64,000 nucleotides of DNA from the human T2T-CHM13v2.0 reference genome, Homo sapiens, in assembly GCF_009914755.1 (NCBI RefSeq), contig NC_060945.1; one strand, written 5' to 3'. Below are positions 42,299 through 56,874 of the stretch, one piece after another. Position 1 is the stretch's first letter. Each line of letters opens with the position of its first letter. The position numbers and the translations under genes were made by a program. The notes below the pieces were generated by a model. That model was not told where the DNA came from. It was given only the letters and a program-made list of their open reading frames with translations, and searched no databases.

Positions 42299-45200
42299 AT
42301 GTCTGCACCTAAGAACACTAGGGTCTTGTCTGGCTCTTCTTATGAACGGTCCCCCAGCCCGGACTCCCCAAGATCCATGCTAGCCTCACCCAGCTTCTCC
42401 CTCTCCCCTCTCAGAAACTCAGACTTAAGAGGAAGCTCCTCACCAGGGATCCGGAGCTACCATTCACCATCCCCTAGGGCTTCACCACACTCACCTCTGT
42501 CATCACCAGTATCCCACAATCTCCCATTTCCCTGTCCTATCCGTGATGGACAATCCATGAAGCCATTGGGCTCTCCCGTGTCCTCCTCTGAGGATTCTAC
42601 AGAGTCACCACGTTCATCAGTAATATACCACATGTTCCTACTGCCATCACCCAGCAGCTCACCCCCAGCTCTCTGGGAGTCTCCTGGGTCTCCCAGCTAC
42701 TCTCCAAACAACCCCAGATTTCAGCTGGAGTCAGCCCCCCACACCCAGGAATCACCTGCAAACTCACGAGCCTCACGGTGCTCCTCCCCTATGTCTTTCA
42801 TCTCTTCACCCCCAGGCCTCAGGGACTCTCCTGTGGCTCCCAGTTACTCTCAAGCCATCCCCATGTTCCTGCGGGAGTCAGCCCCATGCACTCAGGAGTC
42901 CCCCAGAGACTCACAGGTCTCGGGAGAATATGAGCGCTCCCCCAGCCCTGACTCCTCAAGATTCATGCCTGCCTCACCCAGCATCTACCTCTCCCCTCCC
43001 AGGAACTCAGACCCAAGGGGCAGCTCCTCACAAGGGATGTGGAAGTACTCTACATCATCCCGCAGGGCTTCACCACTCTCACATCCGTCATCGGCAGAAT
43101 TCCACAACTTTACATTTCCCTTTCCTAACCAAGCAGGACAATCACTCATGTCATTGTGTTCTCCCGTGTCCTCCTCTGGAGATTCCTCACAGTCACCCCA
43201 TTCATCAATAATATACCATATGTTCTTACTGCCATCATCCAGCAGCTCACCCCCAGCCACCAATGACTCTCCTGTCTGTCCCAGCTACTCTCCAACTACG
43301 CCCAGATTTCAGCGGGCGTCGGTATCCAACACCCCAGAAACACCTACAAACTCACAGACCTCAGTGAGATCCTCGCCAGTCTCTCTCACGTCTTCACCCC
43401 CAGGCCTTACGGACCCTCCAGTCTCTCCCAGCTACTATCCAACCACGCGCACATTTCAGCGCGGGTCAGATCCAGGAACCCAGGGAGCACCACCAAGCCC
43501 ACCACTTTCACTGTGTTACTCCCCAGTCTCAAGCACGTCTTTATCTCCAACCCTCAGGGACTCTCCTGTCTGTCCCAGCTATTCTCCAACCACGCCCACG
43601 TTTCAGCGGGAGTCCGTTGCAGGCAACCAGCAATCACCAGCAAACTCACCAATTTCACTGCGTTACTCCCCAGTCTCTCTCATGTCTTCACCAGCCCTGA
43701 GGGACTCTCCCGTCTGTCCCAGCTACTCTGCAACCACACCCACATTTCAGCTGGAGTCCGTTCGAGGCTCCCCGGAGTCACCACCAATCTCACCAATTAC
43801 ACTCAATTACTCTCCAGTCTCTCTCATGTCTTCACCAGCCCTCAGGGACTCTCCCGTCTGTCCCAGCTACTCTCCAACAACCCCCAGATTTCAGCTGCAA
43901 GCAGTTCCTTGCTCCCCGGAATCAACACCAAACTCACCAATTTCACTCAATTACTCTCCAGTCTCTCTCATGTCTTCACCAGCCCTCAGAGACTCTCCCA
44001 TCTGTCCCAGCTAGTCTCCAACCACGCCCAGATTTCAGCTGGAAGCAGTTCCTTGCACCCAGGAATCACCGCCAAACTCACCAATTTCACTCAATTACTC
44101 CCCAGTCTCTCTCATGTCTTCACCATCCCTCAGGGACTCTCCCGTCTGTCTCAGCTACTCTCCAACCACGCCCACATTTCAGCTGGAGTACCTTCGAGGC
44201 ACCCCGGAGTCACCACCAAACTCACCAATTTCACTCAATTACTCTCCAGTCTCTCTCATGTCTTCACCAGCCCTCAGGGACTCTCCCGACTGTCCCAGCT
44301 ACTCTCCAACAACGTCCAGATTTCAGCTGGAAGCAGTTCCTTGCTCCCCAGAATCAACACCAAACTCACCAATTTCACTCAATTACTCTCCAGTCTCTCT
44401 CATGTCTTCACCAGCCATCAGGGACTCTCCCTTCTGTCCCAGCTACTCTCCAACCACGCCCACATGTCAGCTGGAGTCCGTTCGAGACACCCCGGAGTCA
44501 CCACCAAACTCACCAATTTCACTCAATTACACTCCAGTCTCTCTCATGTCTTCACCAGCCATCAGGGACTCTCCCGTCTGTCCCAGCTACTCTCCAAAGA
44601 CGCCCACATTTCAGCTGGAGTCTGTTCCAGGCACACTGGAGTCACCACCAAACTCACCAATTTCACTCAATTACTCTCCAGTCTCTCTCATGTCTTCACC
44701 AGCACTCAGGGACCCTCCTGTCTGTCCCAGCTACTCTCCAACCACCCCCAGATTTCAGCTGGCGTCAGTTCCAGGCACCCCGGAGTCACCACCAAACTCA
44801 CCAGTTTCACTGAGTTACTCCCCGGTCTCTCTCATGTCTTCACCGCCAGCCCTCAGGGACTCTCCTGTGTGTCCCAGCTACTCTCCAACCACGCCCACAT
44901 TTCAGCTGGAGTCAGTTCCAGGCACCCCGGAGTCACCACCAAACTCACCAATTTCACTCAATTACTCTCCAGTCTCTCTCATGTCTTCACCAGCCCTCAG
45001 GGACTCTCCTGTCTGTCCCAGCTACTCTCCAACCACGCCCAGATTTCAGCTGGAAGCAGTTCCTTGCACCCCAGAATCACCTCCAAACTCACCAATTTCA
45101 CTCAATTACTCTCTAGTCTCTCTCATGTCTTCACCAGTCCTCAGGGACCCTCCTGTCTGTCCCAGCTACTCTCCAACCACACCCAGATTTCAGTTGGAGT

Positions 45201-46432
45201 CAGTTCCAGGCACCGCGGAGTCACCACCAAACTCACCAGTTTCACTGAGTTACTCCCCGTTCTCTCTCATGTCTTCACCGCCAGCCCTCAGGGACTCTCC
45301 TGTTTGTCCCCGCTACTCTCCAACCACGCCCACATTCCAGCTGGAGTCACTTGCAGGCACCCAGGAATTACCTACAAACTCAGCAGTTTCACTGAGTTAC
45401 TCCCCAGTCTCTCTCATGTCTTCACCCCCAGCCCCCTGGGACTCTCCTGTCTGTCCCAGCTCCTCTCCCACCACGCCCAGATTTCAGAGGGAGTCAGCCT
45501 CCCACACTCCGGAATCACCTACAGACTCACAGACTTCACGGAGGTCCTCCCTGGTCTCTCTCAGGTCTTTGCCCTCAGCCCACAGGGACTCTTGTGTCTC
45601 TTTCAGCTACTCTCGAAACTTCTCTAGATTCCAGCTGGACTCAGTTCCAGGCACCCACGACACACCACCAAACTCACGAATTTCACTGACTTACTCCCCA
45701 GTCTCTCTCATGTTCTCACCCCCAGCCCTCAGGGACTCTTCTGTCTCTCTCAGCTACTCTCCAGCCATCTCCACATCACACCTGGGGTCAGCTTCCCACA
45801 CCCAGGAATCACCTACAAACTCACGGACCTTACTGCAACCCTCCCCCATTTCTTTCACCTCTTCACCCCCTGCTTTCAGGGACTCTCCTGTGTCTCCCAG
45901 CTTCTCTCCAGCCTTCCCCAGATTTCTGCCACAGTCAGCCCCAGGCACCCAGGGTTACCCTGGACACTCACAGGCCTCACGAGACTATTTCCCAATGACT
46001 TGTATCTATAGAGGGATGGCTCCCATACTTCCCTCAGTGACCTCAAACCCATCTCCACTTACACTCAGACACTCCCAGGGCCTGACAGCTACTCCCCGTT
46101 ATTGTCCTTCAGCTCGAAGCCCTGGCCCATCTACTAGCCAACATGATGCAGCTACCTGGCCATGTCTCCACATTTCTGGGGAGGGCCCCACACCCAGCCG
46201 CAGAAGAGCCCCTCCTGCATTCCGTCCTCACACACAGGCCTGTCCATCCACTTGCTACTGTCACCCTCTTGCCAGCAGAAGAGGCCCCTGTAATGGCCGA
46301 TATCACCGCCCAGTCTATCCTCACCCCACAGCTGTGCAGCGGGACCCTCCTGCTGGCCCACGTGGCTGCCACAGCCCATGCTGGCACGACGCTCCAGCAT
46401 GTCGGCGTCCCTGCGGGCCACGCTACCGCTGA
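42299..46432 (+). pseudogene. Type A copy with the same premature TAG at codon 572 (unit 6)
   Basis: TAG at 44012-44014; shares the ctcagagac and DSPFCP variants with unit 4. Confidence 0.6.
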
Positions 46433-49400
46433 CATGGCTAGCATCACCCTCCTTCCTGGCAGTGACACTGCTGATTTGAACCCCAGTTTCACAGCTGTCA
46501 TTTGTAAATAGGACCATTTTCCCTTTTCTCTCTCCCTTCCATTCACAGGGCTTCTCATTCCCTCTGTTTCTGCCTCCGTTTCAGAGATTTACTCACCTTT
46601 TTCTCTCTCACTATGTCTGCCGTGGTCTCCATAAGAGTGTGCCACATAAAATTGCCCCATTAAAAGTCATGAATTGAGTGGATTTTAGTATACCTGTGGT
46701 TGTGCACATTCAATTTTAATTCGCAATCCATTTTAGAAGGTTTTATCACCCCCGACCAGAGAAACACCCTGTGGACAATAGTCACTCCTCATTCTGTCTC
46801 AAACCCTCTCCCTGACCCTCAGCCCTAGGTAACAACTGCATAGAGCGATCAACCCCATATGCATAGATTTCCATATTGTGGACAGTTCCTATAAACGGAA
46901 TTGCACAATACGTGAGCTTTTGTGACTGACATAACACTTTTAGCACAATATTTTCAAGATTCATCCACATTGCAGCCTTACCCACAGGGGGAAACCGCAT
47001 TTTGTGGTTTCAGTAACACCGGGTGTTTTCTCCTTCCTTCCGTCTTTCCTTCCTTCCTTCCTTCCTTCCTTCCTTCCTTCCTTCCTTCCTCCCTTCCTCC
47101 CTTCCTTCCTCCCTTCCTCCCATTTCTCTCTTATTCCTTCTGCCCTCTCTCTTTCATATGCCTTAGGTGCATCCTACGTCCTGCGTCTTTTTGGGGAATC
47201 CTCGACAGGTGCTGGAAAATTGTGTTATTGTAATTATTTACCGGTATCTCTCTTTCATGGTTCTCCATCAGTTGTAAGCATCTATTGGTTTATCCCAGGT
47301 CACTAAGTATATTTTAATTAGCTACACCTGTTTTTCTTTATACACCTGTTTCTGGAGTATAGGGTCGCATACTCATAAACCCAGTGTAACTCAGAAACGC
47401 ATCTAATATTCCAATAGACCCATCATAACGTTGAAAAATCATAAATCAAACCAACTTAAGTCACGATTTGGCGCTGGATATGGGCTCCATCAATTCCATT
47501 GTATTCAATAATGCTGTACACCATTAACAATGGCAGACTGATTGGGCGTGGATGTGGATAACATTATAAAAATCAGTTATTAGAGGGATACTTTAACCTG
47601 ACGGAAGAGCTGATCTAATGGTATTAGTACAGTGATGATTATGTGAGATGTTTTGAGACAGAGTAGTACATTTGTGTATGAGATTCTGTGGCTTTTTTCA
47701 CTTAGTAGGAACCTTTGTGTGTGGAAAACTGAGAAAATTGCTTTGTGCTGTAGAGTCTGGCATTCGTTGTAGATTAAAGCTTATTTTTCTGGATGTAAAT
47801 CTTATTCAATAAAATACTACTCTTTATAATAAAAAACAAAGACACTGGTGATGTGAAGTCATTATCCTCAGCAAACTAATCCAGGAACAGAAAACCAAAC
47901 GCCACATTCTCACTTATAATGGGAGCTGAAAAATGGGATCACGTGGACACAGGAAGGGGAACAACACACACTGGGGCCTTTCGGGAGGCAGAGCGTTAAG
48001 AAAAACAGCTACCGCATGCTGGGCTTAATACCTAGGTGATGGGTTGACAGGTGCAGCAAACCACCGTGGCACACGTTTACCTTAGTAACAAATCTGCACA
48101 GCCTGCCCATATATTCCAGAACTTAGAAACGAAACGAAAGCAAAGAAAACGAGAAAGCGATAGCAAAACGCTAACGGCGAAACAGAGTTTCAAACTCAGA
48201 AAGTGAGAGACCAATGTTTGGTTCAAATCATGGTTCTCAACCCAGGTGCCATAAGGTCAGGATAAAGAATTTGATGACGTATTGTAAATAAGACATGCAG
48301 CGGAGGACCAGAAAAATCGTTCTCAACATACGTGTGGCTTCGAGTTCAACGGTGACGCTATCTACAGTGACATAGCATTAGATTCCAAAGGGCCGAGTCC
48401 CGCAAGACTGGCCTCCCACACTAATAATAATGGGAAGCGCTACGTTGCTTTCCCTGTGCTTCTCAGCAACTGGCTATAAATCAGGTTTCCACCACTCCCA
48501 GTTTTAGTTGCATTCATTTGCTGGAAGAGCTCACAGCACGCAGGGAAACACTGACATTTCCCATTTTTTGTATTTTAGCAGATATTGCAAAAACTTCAGA
48601 AAAAACTTTTGGGCCCGGCATGTGGGGAGGGGCTCACTGCCTTCCAGGAAGTGTTATCCAGAAGCTCTCTAAACCCAGTCCTTTTGGGTTTTTATGGAGA
48701 CCTCATTCTATAGGCATGATGGGTTAAACCATAGGCTATTGGTGATCAACTCAACCTGGGGCTCTCAACCCTCCCTGGAAATTGGGGTTGAGGCTTTGCC
48801 ATTCTCAGTCTGAGTAAAAGAATTTACGCAAACGGAATTTTAAAACAGATTAGCATATCTGGAAACTTAACTAGATGACGGAATTATCTGGAGCCACACC
48901 TTGATATTCCTAACCCGAGCACCCTCATCCAAAGAATGCTCCACCCAACTGGCTCCCAAGTCTCTACGGGGTTCCAGAGCAAAAGAATGTTTATACAGCG
49001 CATATCTCCACCTTTTCTTCAAAGTCTTTTCGCTTACACGGAAAGACTTCTTCAACTGCCATGCATCAGGGTCAGGGGGAGGTCTTGTTACAACACAGAT
49101 CTGCGGATCTCCGGGGCTTGATTGTGGCAAGGATGCTGCTGGTGTCAAAACCACAACGTGGGAACCACAGAACCACTAGTTGGTTTTCAGTGTTTCAGTG
49201 CATACAATTCCTAATATATCTGGCCAAGAAAACTTGTAAGTTCTTAGATTGTCCGAAAGGTGGCGCATGAAATCAAATAAGGAGAACAGTTTCCTACGAG
49301 GTGTAGCCTGGGAACCTTGGGGGTGACTGATGGAAAGGAGGAGTGAAGCTCCGCCCTTTCCGCTGCGAGGCTGCGCCCGAGGCTATTTAAACCCACCCTG

Positions 49401-49734
49401 GCTGGCCTGTACTCAGATCTTCGCAGAGCGGAGCAGCGGCCGGAGCGTTTGGCGGACTCTGCGTGGACTTGGAGCTCACAGCGTCTTGCGACTTGGAAGC
49501 GGATTCAGAGGACAGGACAGAACACTTGGGCAAGTGAATCTCTGTCTGTCTGTCTGTCTCATTGGTTGGTTTATTTCCATTTTCTTAAGGAGCACATACC
49601 TCACACCACACACACACAAACACACACACACACACGCACGCACTCACGCACACACACACGCACACACACACACTAATTCATTCTGCGGGTTAGGAAATTA
49701 GTAGGGGTCTCTGGGAGCTGCAGGTTTCCTAATC

Positions 49735-52700
49735 ATGTCTGCATCTAAGAACACTAGGGTCTTGTCTGGCTCTTCTTATGAACGGTCCCCCAGCCCGGAC
49801 TCCCCAAGATCCATGCTAGCCTCACCCAGCTTCTCCCTCTCCCCTCTCAGAAACTCAGACTTAAGAGGAAGCTCCTCACCAGGGATCCGGAGCTACCATT
49901 CACCATCCCCTAGGGCTTCACCACACTCACCTCTGTCATCACCAGTATCCCACAATCTCCCATTTCCCTGTCCTATCCGTGATGGACAATCCATGAAGCC
50001 ATTGGGCTCTCCCGTGTCCTCCTCTGAGGATTCTACAGAGTCACCACGTTCATCAGTAATATACCACATGTTCCTACTGCCATCACCCAGCAGCTCACCC
50101 CCAGCTCTCTGGGAGTCTCCTGGGTCTCCCAGCTACTCTCCAAACAACCCCAGATTTCAGCTGGAGTCAGCCCCCCACACCCAGGAATCACCTGCAAACT
50201 CACGAGCCTCACGGTGCTCCTCCCCTATGTCTTTCATCTCTTCACCCCCAGGCCTCAGGGACTCTCCTGTGGCTCCCAGTTACTCTCAAGCCATCCCCAT
50301 GTTCCTGCGGGAGTCAGCCCCATGCACTCAGGAGTCCCCCAGAGACTCACAGGTCTCGGGAGAATATGAGCGCTCCCACAGCCCTGACTCCTCAAGATTC
50401 ATGCCTGCCTCACCCAGCATCTACCTCTCCCCTCCCAGGAACTCAGACCCAAGGGGCAGCTCCTCACAAGGGATGTGGAAGTAATCTACATCATCCCGCA
50501 GGGCTTCACCACTCTCACATCCGTCATCGGCAGAATTCCACAACTTTACATTTCCCTTTCCTAACCAAGCAGGACAATCACTCATGTCATTGTGTTCTCC
50601 CGTGTCCTCCTCTGGAGATTCCTCACAGTCACCCCATTCATCAATAATATACCATGTGTTCTTACTGCCATCATCCAGCAGCTCACCCCCAGCCACCAAT
50701 GACTCTCCTGTCTGTCCCAGCTACTCTCCAACTACGCCCAGATTTCAGCGGGCGTCGGTATCCAACACCCCAGAAACACCTACAAACTCACAGACCTCAG
50801 TGAGATCCTCGCCAGTCTCTCTCACGTCTTCACCCCCAGGCCTTACGGACCCTCCAGTCTCTCCCAGCTACTATCCAACCACGCGCACATTTCAGCGCGG
50901 GTCAGATCCAGGAACCCAGGGAGCACCACCAAGCCCACCACTTTCACTGTGTTACTCCCCAGTCTCAAGCACGTCTTTATCTCCAACCCTCAGGGACTCT
51001 CCTGTCTGTCCCAGCTATTCTCCAACCACGCCCACGTTTCAGCGGGAGTCCGTTGCAGGCACCCAGCAATCACCACCAAACTCACCAATTTCACTCAATT
51101 ACTCTCCAGTCTCTCTCATGTCTTCACCAGCCCTCAGGGACTCTCCCATTTGTCCCAGCTACTCTCCAACCACGCCCAGATTTCAGCTGGAAGCAGTTCC
51201 TTGCACCCAGGAATCACCACCAAACTCACCAATTTCACTCAATTACTCCCCAGTCTCTCTCATGTCTTCACCATCCCTCAGGGACTCTCCCGTCTGTCTC
51301 AGCTACTCTCCAACCACGCCCACATTTCAGCTGGAGTACCTTCGAGGCACCCCGGAGTCACCACCAAACTCACCAATTTCACTCAATTACTCTCCAGTCT
51401 CTCTCATGTCTCCACCAGCCCTCAGGGACTCTCCCGACTGTCCCAGCTACTCCCCAACAACGCCCAGATTTCAGCTGGAAGCAGTTCCTTGCTCCCCAGA
51501 ATCAACACCAAACTCACCAATTTCACTCAATTACTCTCCAGTCTCTCTCATGTCTTCACCAGCCATCAGGGACTCTCCTGTCTGTCCCAGCTACTCTACA
51601 ACCACGCCCACATTTCAGCTGGAGTCCGTTCGAGACACCCCGGAGTCACCACCAAACTCACCAATTTCACTCAATTACACTCCAGTCTCTCTCATGTCTT
51701 CACCAGCCATCAGGGACTCTCCCGTCTGTCCCAGCTACTCTCCAAAGACGCCCACATTTCAGCTGGAGTCTGTTCCAGGCACCCTGGAGTCACCACCAAA
51801 CTCACCAATTTCACTCAATTACTCTCCAGTCTCTCTCATGTCTTCACCAGCCCTCAGGGACCCTCCTGTCTGTCCCAGCTACTCTCCAACCACCCCCAGA
51901 TTTCAGCTGGAGTCAGTTCCAGGCACCCCGGAGTCACCACCAAACTCACCAGTTTCACTGAGTTACTCCCCGGTCTCTCTCATGTCTTCACCGCCAGCCC
52001 TCAGGGACTCTCCTGTGTGTCCCAGCTACTCTCCAACCACGCCCACATTTCAGCTGGAGTCAGTTCCAGGCACCCCGGAGTCACCACCAAACTCACCAAT
52101 TTCACTCAATTACTCTCCAGTCTCTCTCATGTCTTCACCAGCCCTCAGCGACTCTCCTGTCTGTCCCAGCTACTCTCCAACCACGCCCAGATTTCAGCTG
52201 GAAGCAGTTCCTTGCACCCCAGAATCACCTCCAAACTCACCAATTTCACTCAATTACTCTCTAGTCTCTCTCATGTCTTCACCAGTCCTCAGGGACCCTC
52301 CTGTCTGTCCCAGCTACTCTCCATCCACCCCCAGATTTCAGTTGGAGTCAGTTCCAGGCACCGCGGAGTCACCACCAAACTCACCAGTTTCACTGAGTTA
52401 CTCCCCGTTCTCTCTCATGTCTTCACCGCCAGCCCTCAGGGACTCTCCTGTTTGTCCCCGCTACTCTCCAACCACGCCCACATTCCAGCTGGAGTCACTT
52501 GCAGGCACCCAGGAATTACCTACAAACTCAGCAGTTTCACTGAGTTACTCCCCAGTCTCTCTCATGTCTTCACCCCCAGCCCCCTGGGACTCTCCTGTCT
52601 GTCCCAGCTCCTCTCCCACCACGCCCAGATTTCAGAGGGAGTCAGCCTCCCACACTCCGGAATCACCTACAGACTCACAGACTTCACGGAGGTCCTCCCT

Positions 52701-53580
52701 GGTCTCTCTCAGGTCTTTGCCCTCAGCCCACAGGGACTCTTGTGTCTCTTTCAGCTACTCTCGAAACTTCTCTAGATTCCAGCTGGACTCAGTTCCAGGC
52801 ACCCACGACACACCACCAAACTCACGAATTTCACTGACTTACTCCCCAGTCTCTCTCATGTTCTCACCCCCAGCCCTCAGGGACTCTTCTGTCTCTCTCA
52901 GCTACTCTCCAGCCATCTCCACATCACACCTGGGGTCAGCTCCCCACACCCAGGAATCACCTACAAACTCACGGACCTTACTGCAACCCTCCCCCATTTC
53001 TTTCACCTCTTCAACCCCTGCTTTCAGGGACTCTCCTGTGTCTCCCAGCTTCTCTCCAGCCTTCCCCAGATTTCTGCCACAGTCAGCCCCAGGCACCCAG
53101 GGTTACCCTGGACACTCACAGGCCTCACGAGACTATTTCCCAATGACTTGTATCTATAGAGGGATGGCTCCCATACTTCCCTCGGTGACCTCAAACCCAT
53201 CTCCACTTACACTCAGACACTCCCAGGGCCTGACAGCTACTCCCCGTTATTGTCCTTCAGCTCGAAGCCCTGACCCATCTACTAGCCAACATGATGCAGC
53301 TACCTGGCCATGTCTCCACATTTCTGGGGAGGGCCCCACACCCAGCCGCAGAAGAGCCCCTCCTGCATTCCGTCCTCACACACAGGCCTGTCCATCCACT
53401 TGCTACTGTCACACTCTTGCCAGCAGAGGAGGCCCCTGTAATGGCCGATATCACCGCCCAGTCTATCCTCACCCCACAGCTGTGCAGCGGGACCCTCCTG
53501 CTGGCCCACGTGGCTGCCACAGCCCATGCTGGCACGACGCTCCAGCATGTCGGCGTCCCTGCGGGCCACGCTACCGCTGA
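49735..53580 (+). pseudogene. Type C copy with premature TAA at codon 250 (unit 7)
   Basis: tggaagTAAtct at 50482-50484 versus tggaagTACtct in other units; the frame reopens at ATG 50584 (998 aa). Confidence 0.6.
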
Positions 53581-56500
53581 CATGGCTAGCATCACCCTCC
53601 TTCCTGGCAGTGACACTGCTGATTTGAACCCCAGTTTCACAGCTGTCATTTGTAAATAGGACCATTTTCCCTTTTCTCTCTCCCTTCCATTCACAGGGCT
53701 TCTCATTCCCTCTGTTTCTGCCTCCGTTTCAGAGATTTACTCACCTTTTTCTCTCTCACTATGTCTGCCGTGGTCTCCATAAGAGTGTGCCACATACAAT
53801 TGCCCCATTAAAAGTCATGAATTGAGTGGATTTTAGTATACCTGTGGTTGGGCACATTCAATTTTAATTCGCAATCCATTTTAGAAGGTTTTATCACCCC
53901 CGACCAGAGAAACACCCTGTGGACATTAGTCACTCCTCATTCTGTCTCAAACCCTCTCCCTGACCCTCAGCCCTAGGTAACAACTGCATAGAGCGATCAA
54001 CCCCATATGCATAGATTTCCATATTGTGGACAGTTCCTATAAACGGAATTGCACAATACGTGAGCTTTTGTGACTGACATAACACTTTTAGCACAATATT
54101 TTCAAGATTCATCCACATTGCAGCCTTACCCACAGGGGGAAACCGCATTTTGTGGTTTCAGTAACACCGGGTGTTTTCTCCTTCCTTCCGTCTTTCCTTC
54201 CTTCCTTCCTTCCTTCCTTCCTTCCTTCCTCCCTTCCTCCCTTCCTTCCTCCCTTCCTCCCATTTCTCTCTTATTCCTTCTGCCCTCTCTCTTTCATATG
54301 CCTTAGGTGCATCCTACGTCCTGCGTCTTTTTGGGGAATCCTCGACAGGTGCTGGAAAATTGTGTTATTGTAATTATTTACCGGTATCTCTCTTTCATGG
54401 TTCTCCATCAGTTGTAAGCATCTATTGGTTTATCCCAGGTCACTAAGTATATTTTAATTAGCTACACCTGTTTTTCTTTATACACCTGTTTCTGGAGTAT
54501 AGGGTCGCATACTCATAAACCCAGTGTAACTCAGAAACGCATCTAATATTCCAATAGACCCATCATAACGTTGAAAAATCATAAATCAAACCAACTTAAG
54601 TCACGATTTGGCGCTGGATATGGGCTCCATCAATTCCATTGTATTCAATAATGCTGTACACCATTAACAATGGCAGACTGATTGGGCGTGGATGTGGATA
54701 ACATTATAAAAATCAGTTATTAGAGGGATACTTTAACCTGACGGAAGAGCTGATCTAATGGTATTAGTACAGTGATGATTATGTGAGATGTTTTGAGACA
54801 GAGTAGTACATTTGTGTATGAGATTCTGTGGCTTTTTTCACTTAGTAGGAACCTTTGTGTGTGGAAAACTGAGAAAATTGCTTTGTGCTGTAGAGTCTGG
54901 CATTCGTTGTAGATTAAAGCTTATTTTTCTGGATGTAAATCTTATTCAATAAAATACTACTCTTTATAATAAAAAACAAAGACACTGGTGATGTGAAGTC
55001 ATTATCCTCAGCAAACTAATCCAGGAACAGAAAACCAAACGCCACATTCTCACTTATAATGGGAGCTGAAAAATGGGATCACGTGGACACAGGAAGGGGA
55101 ACAACACACACTGGGGCCTTTCGGGAGGCAGAGCGTTAAGAAAAACAGCTACCGCATGCTGGGCTTAATACCTAGGTGATGGGTTGACAGGTGCAGCAAA
55201 CCACCGTGGCACACGTTTACCTTAGTAACAAATCTGCACAGCCTGCCCATATATTCCAGAACTTAGAAACGAAACGAAAGCAAAGAAAACGAGAAAGCGA
55301 TAGCAAAACGCTAACGGCGAAACAGAGTTTCAAACTCAGAAAGTGAGAGACCAATGTTTGGTTCAAATCATGGTTCTCAACCCAGGTGCCATAAGGTCAG
55401 GATAAAGAATTTGATGACGTATTGTAAATAAGACATGCAGCGGAGGACCAGAAAAATCGTTCTCAACATACGTGTGGCTTCGAGTTCAACGGTGACGCTA
55501 TCTACAGTGACATAGCATTAGATTCCAAAGGGCCGAGTCCCGCAAGACTGGCCTCCCACACTAATAATAATGGGAAGCGCTACGTTGCTTTACCTGTGCT
55601 TCTCAGCAACTGGCTATAAATCAGGTTTCCACCACTCCCAGTTTTAGTTGCATTCATTTGCTGGAAGAGCTCACAGCACGCAGGGAAACACTGACATTTC
55701 CCATTTTTTGTATTTTAGCAGATATTGCAAAAACTTCAGAAAAAACTTTTGGGCCCGGCATGTGGGGAGGGGCTCACTGCCTTCCAGGAAGTGTTATCCA
55801 GAAGCTCTCTAAACCCAGTCCTTTTGGGTTTTTATGGAGACCTCATTCTATAGGCATGATGGGTTAAACCATAGGCTATTGGTGATCAACTCAACCTGGG
55901 GCTCTCAACCCTCCCTGGAAATTGGGGTTGAGGCTTTGCCATTCTCAGTCTGAGTAAAAGAATTTACGCAAACGGAATTTTAAAACAGATTAGCATATCT
56001 GGAAACTTAACTAGATGACGGAATTATCTGGAGCCACACCTTGATATTCCTAACCCGAGCACCCTCATCCAAAGAATGCTCCACCCAACTGGCTCCCAAG
56101 TCTCTACGGGGTTCCAGAGCAAAAGAATGTTTATACAGCGCATATCTCCACCTTTTCTTCAAAGTCTTTTCGCTTACACGGAAAGACTTCTTCAACTGCC
56201 ATGCATCAGGGTCAGGGGGAGGTCTTGTTACAACACAGATCTGCGGATCTCCGGGGCTTGATTGTGGCAAGGATGCTGCTGGTGTCAAAACCACAACGTG
56301 GGAACCACAGAACCACTAGTTGGTTTTCAGTGTTTCAGTGCATACAATTCCTAATATATCTGGCCAAGAAAACTTGTAAGTTCTTAGATTGTCCGAAAGG
56401 TGGCGCATGAAATCAAATCAGGAGAACAGTTTCCTACGAGGTGTAGCCTGGGAACCTTGGGGGTGACTGATGGAAAGGAGGAGTGAAGCTCCGCCCTTTC

Positions 56501-56874
56501 CGCTGCGAGGCTGCGCCCGAGGCTATTTAAACCCACCCTGGCTGGCCTGTACTCAGATCTTCGCAGAGCGGAGCAGCGGCCGGAGCGTTTGGCGGACTCT
56601 GCGTGGACTTGGAGCTCACAGCGTCTTGCGACTTGGAAGCGGATTCAGAGGACAGGACAGAACACTTGGGCAAGTGAATCTCTGTCTGTCTGTCTGTCTC
56701 ATTGGTTGGTTTATTTCCATTTTCTTAAGGAGCACATACCTCACACCACACACACACAAACACACACACACACACGCACGCACTCACGCACACACACACG
56801 CACACACACACACTAATTCATTCTGCGGGTTAGGAAATTAGTAGGGGTCTCTGGGAGCTGCAGGTTTCCTAATC

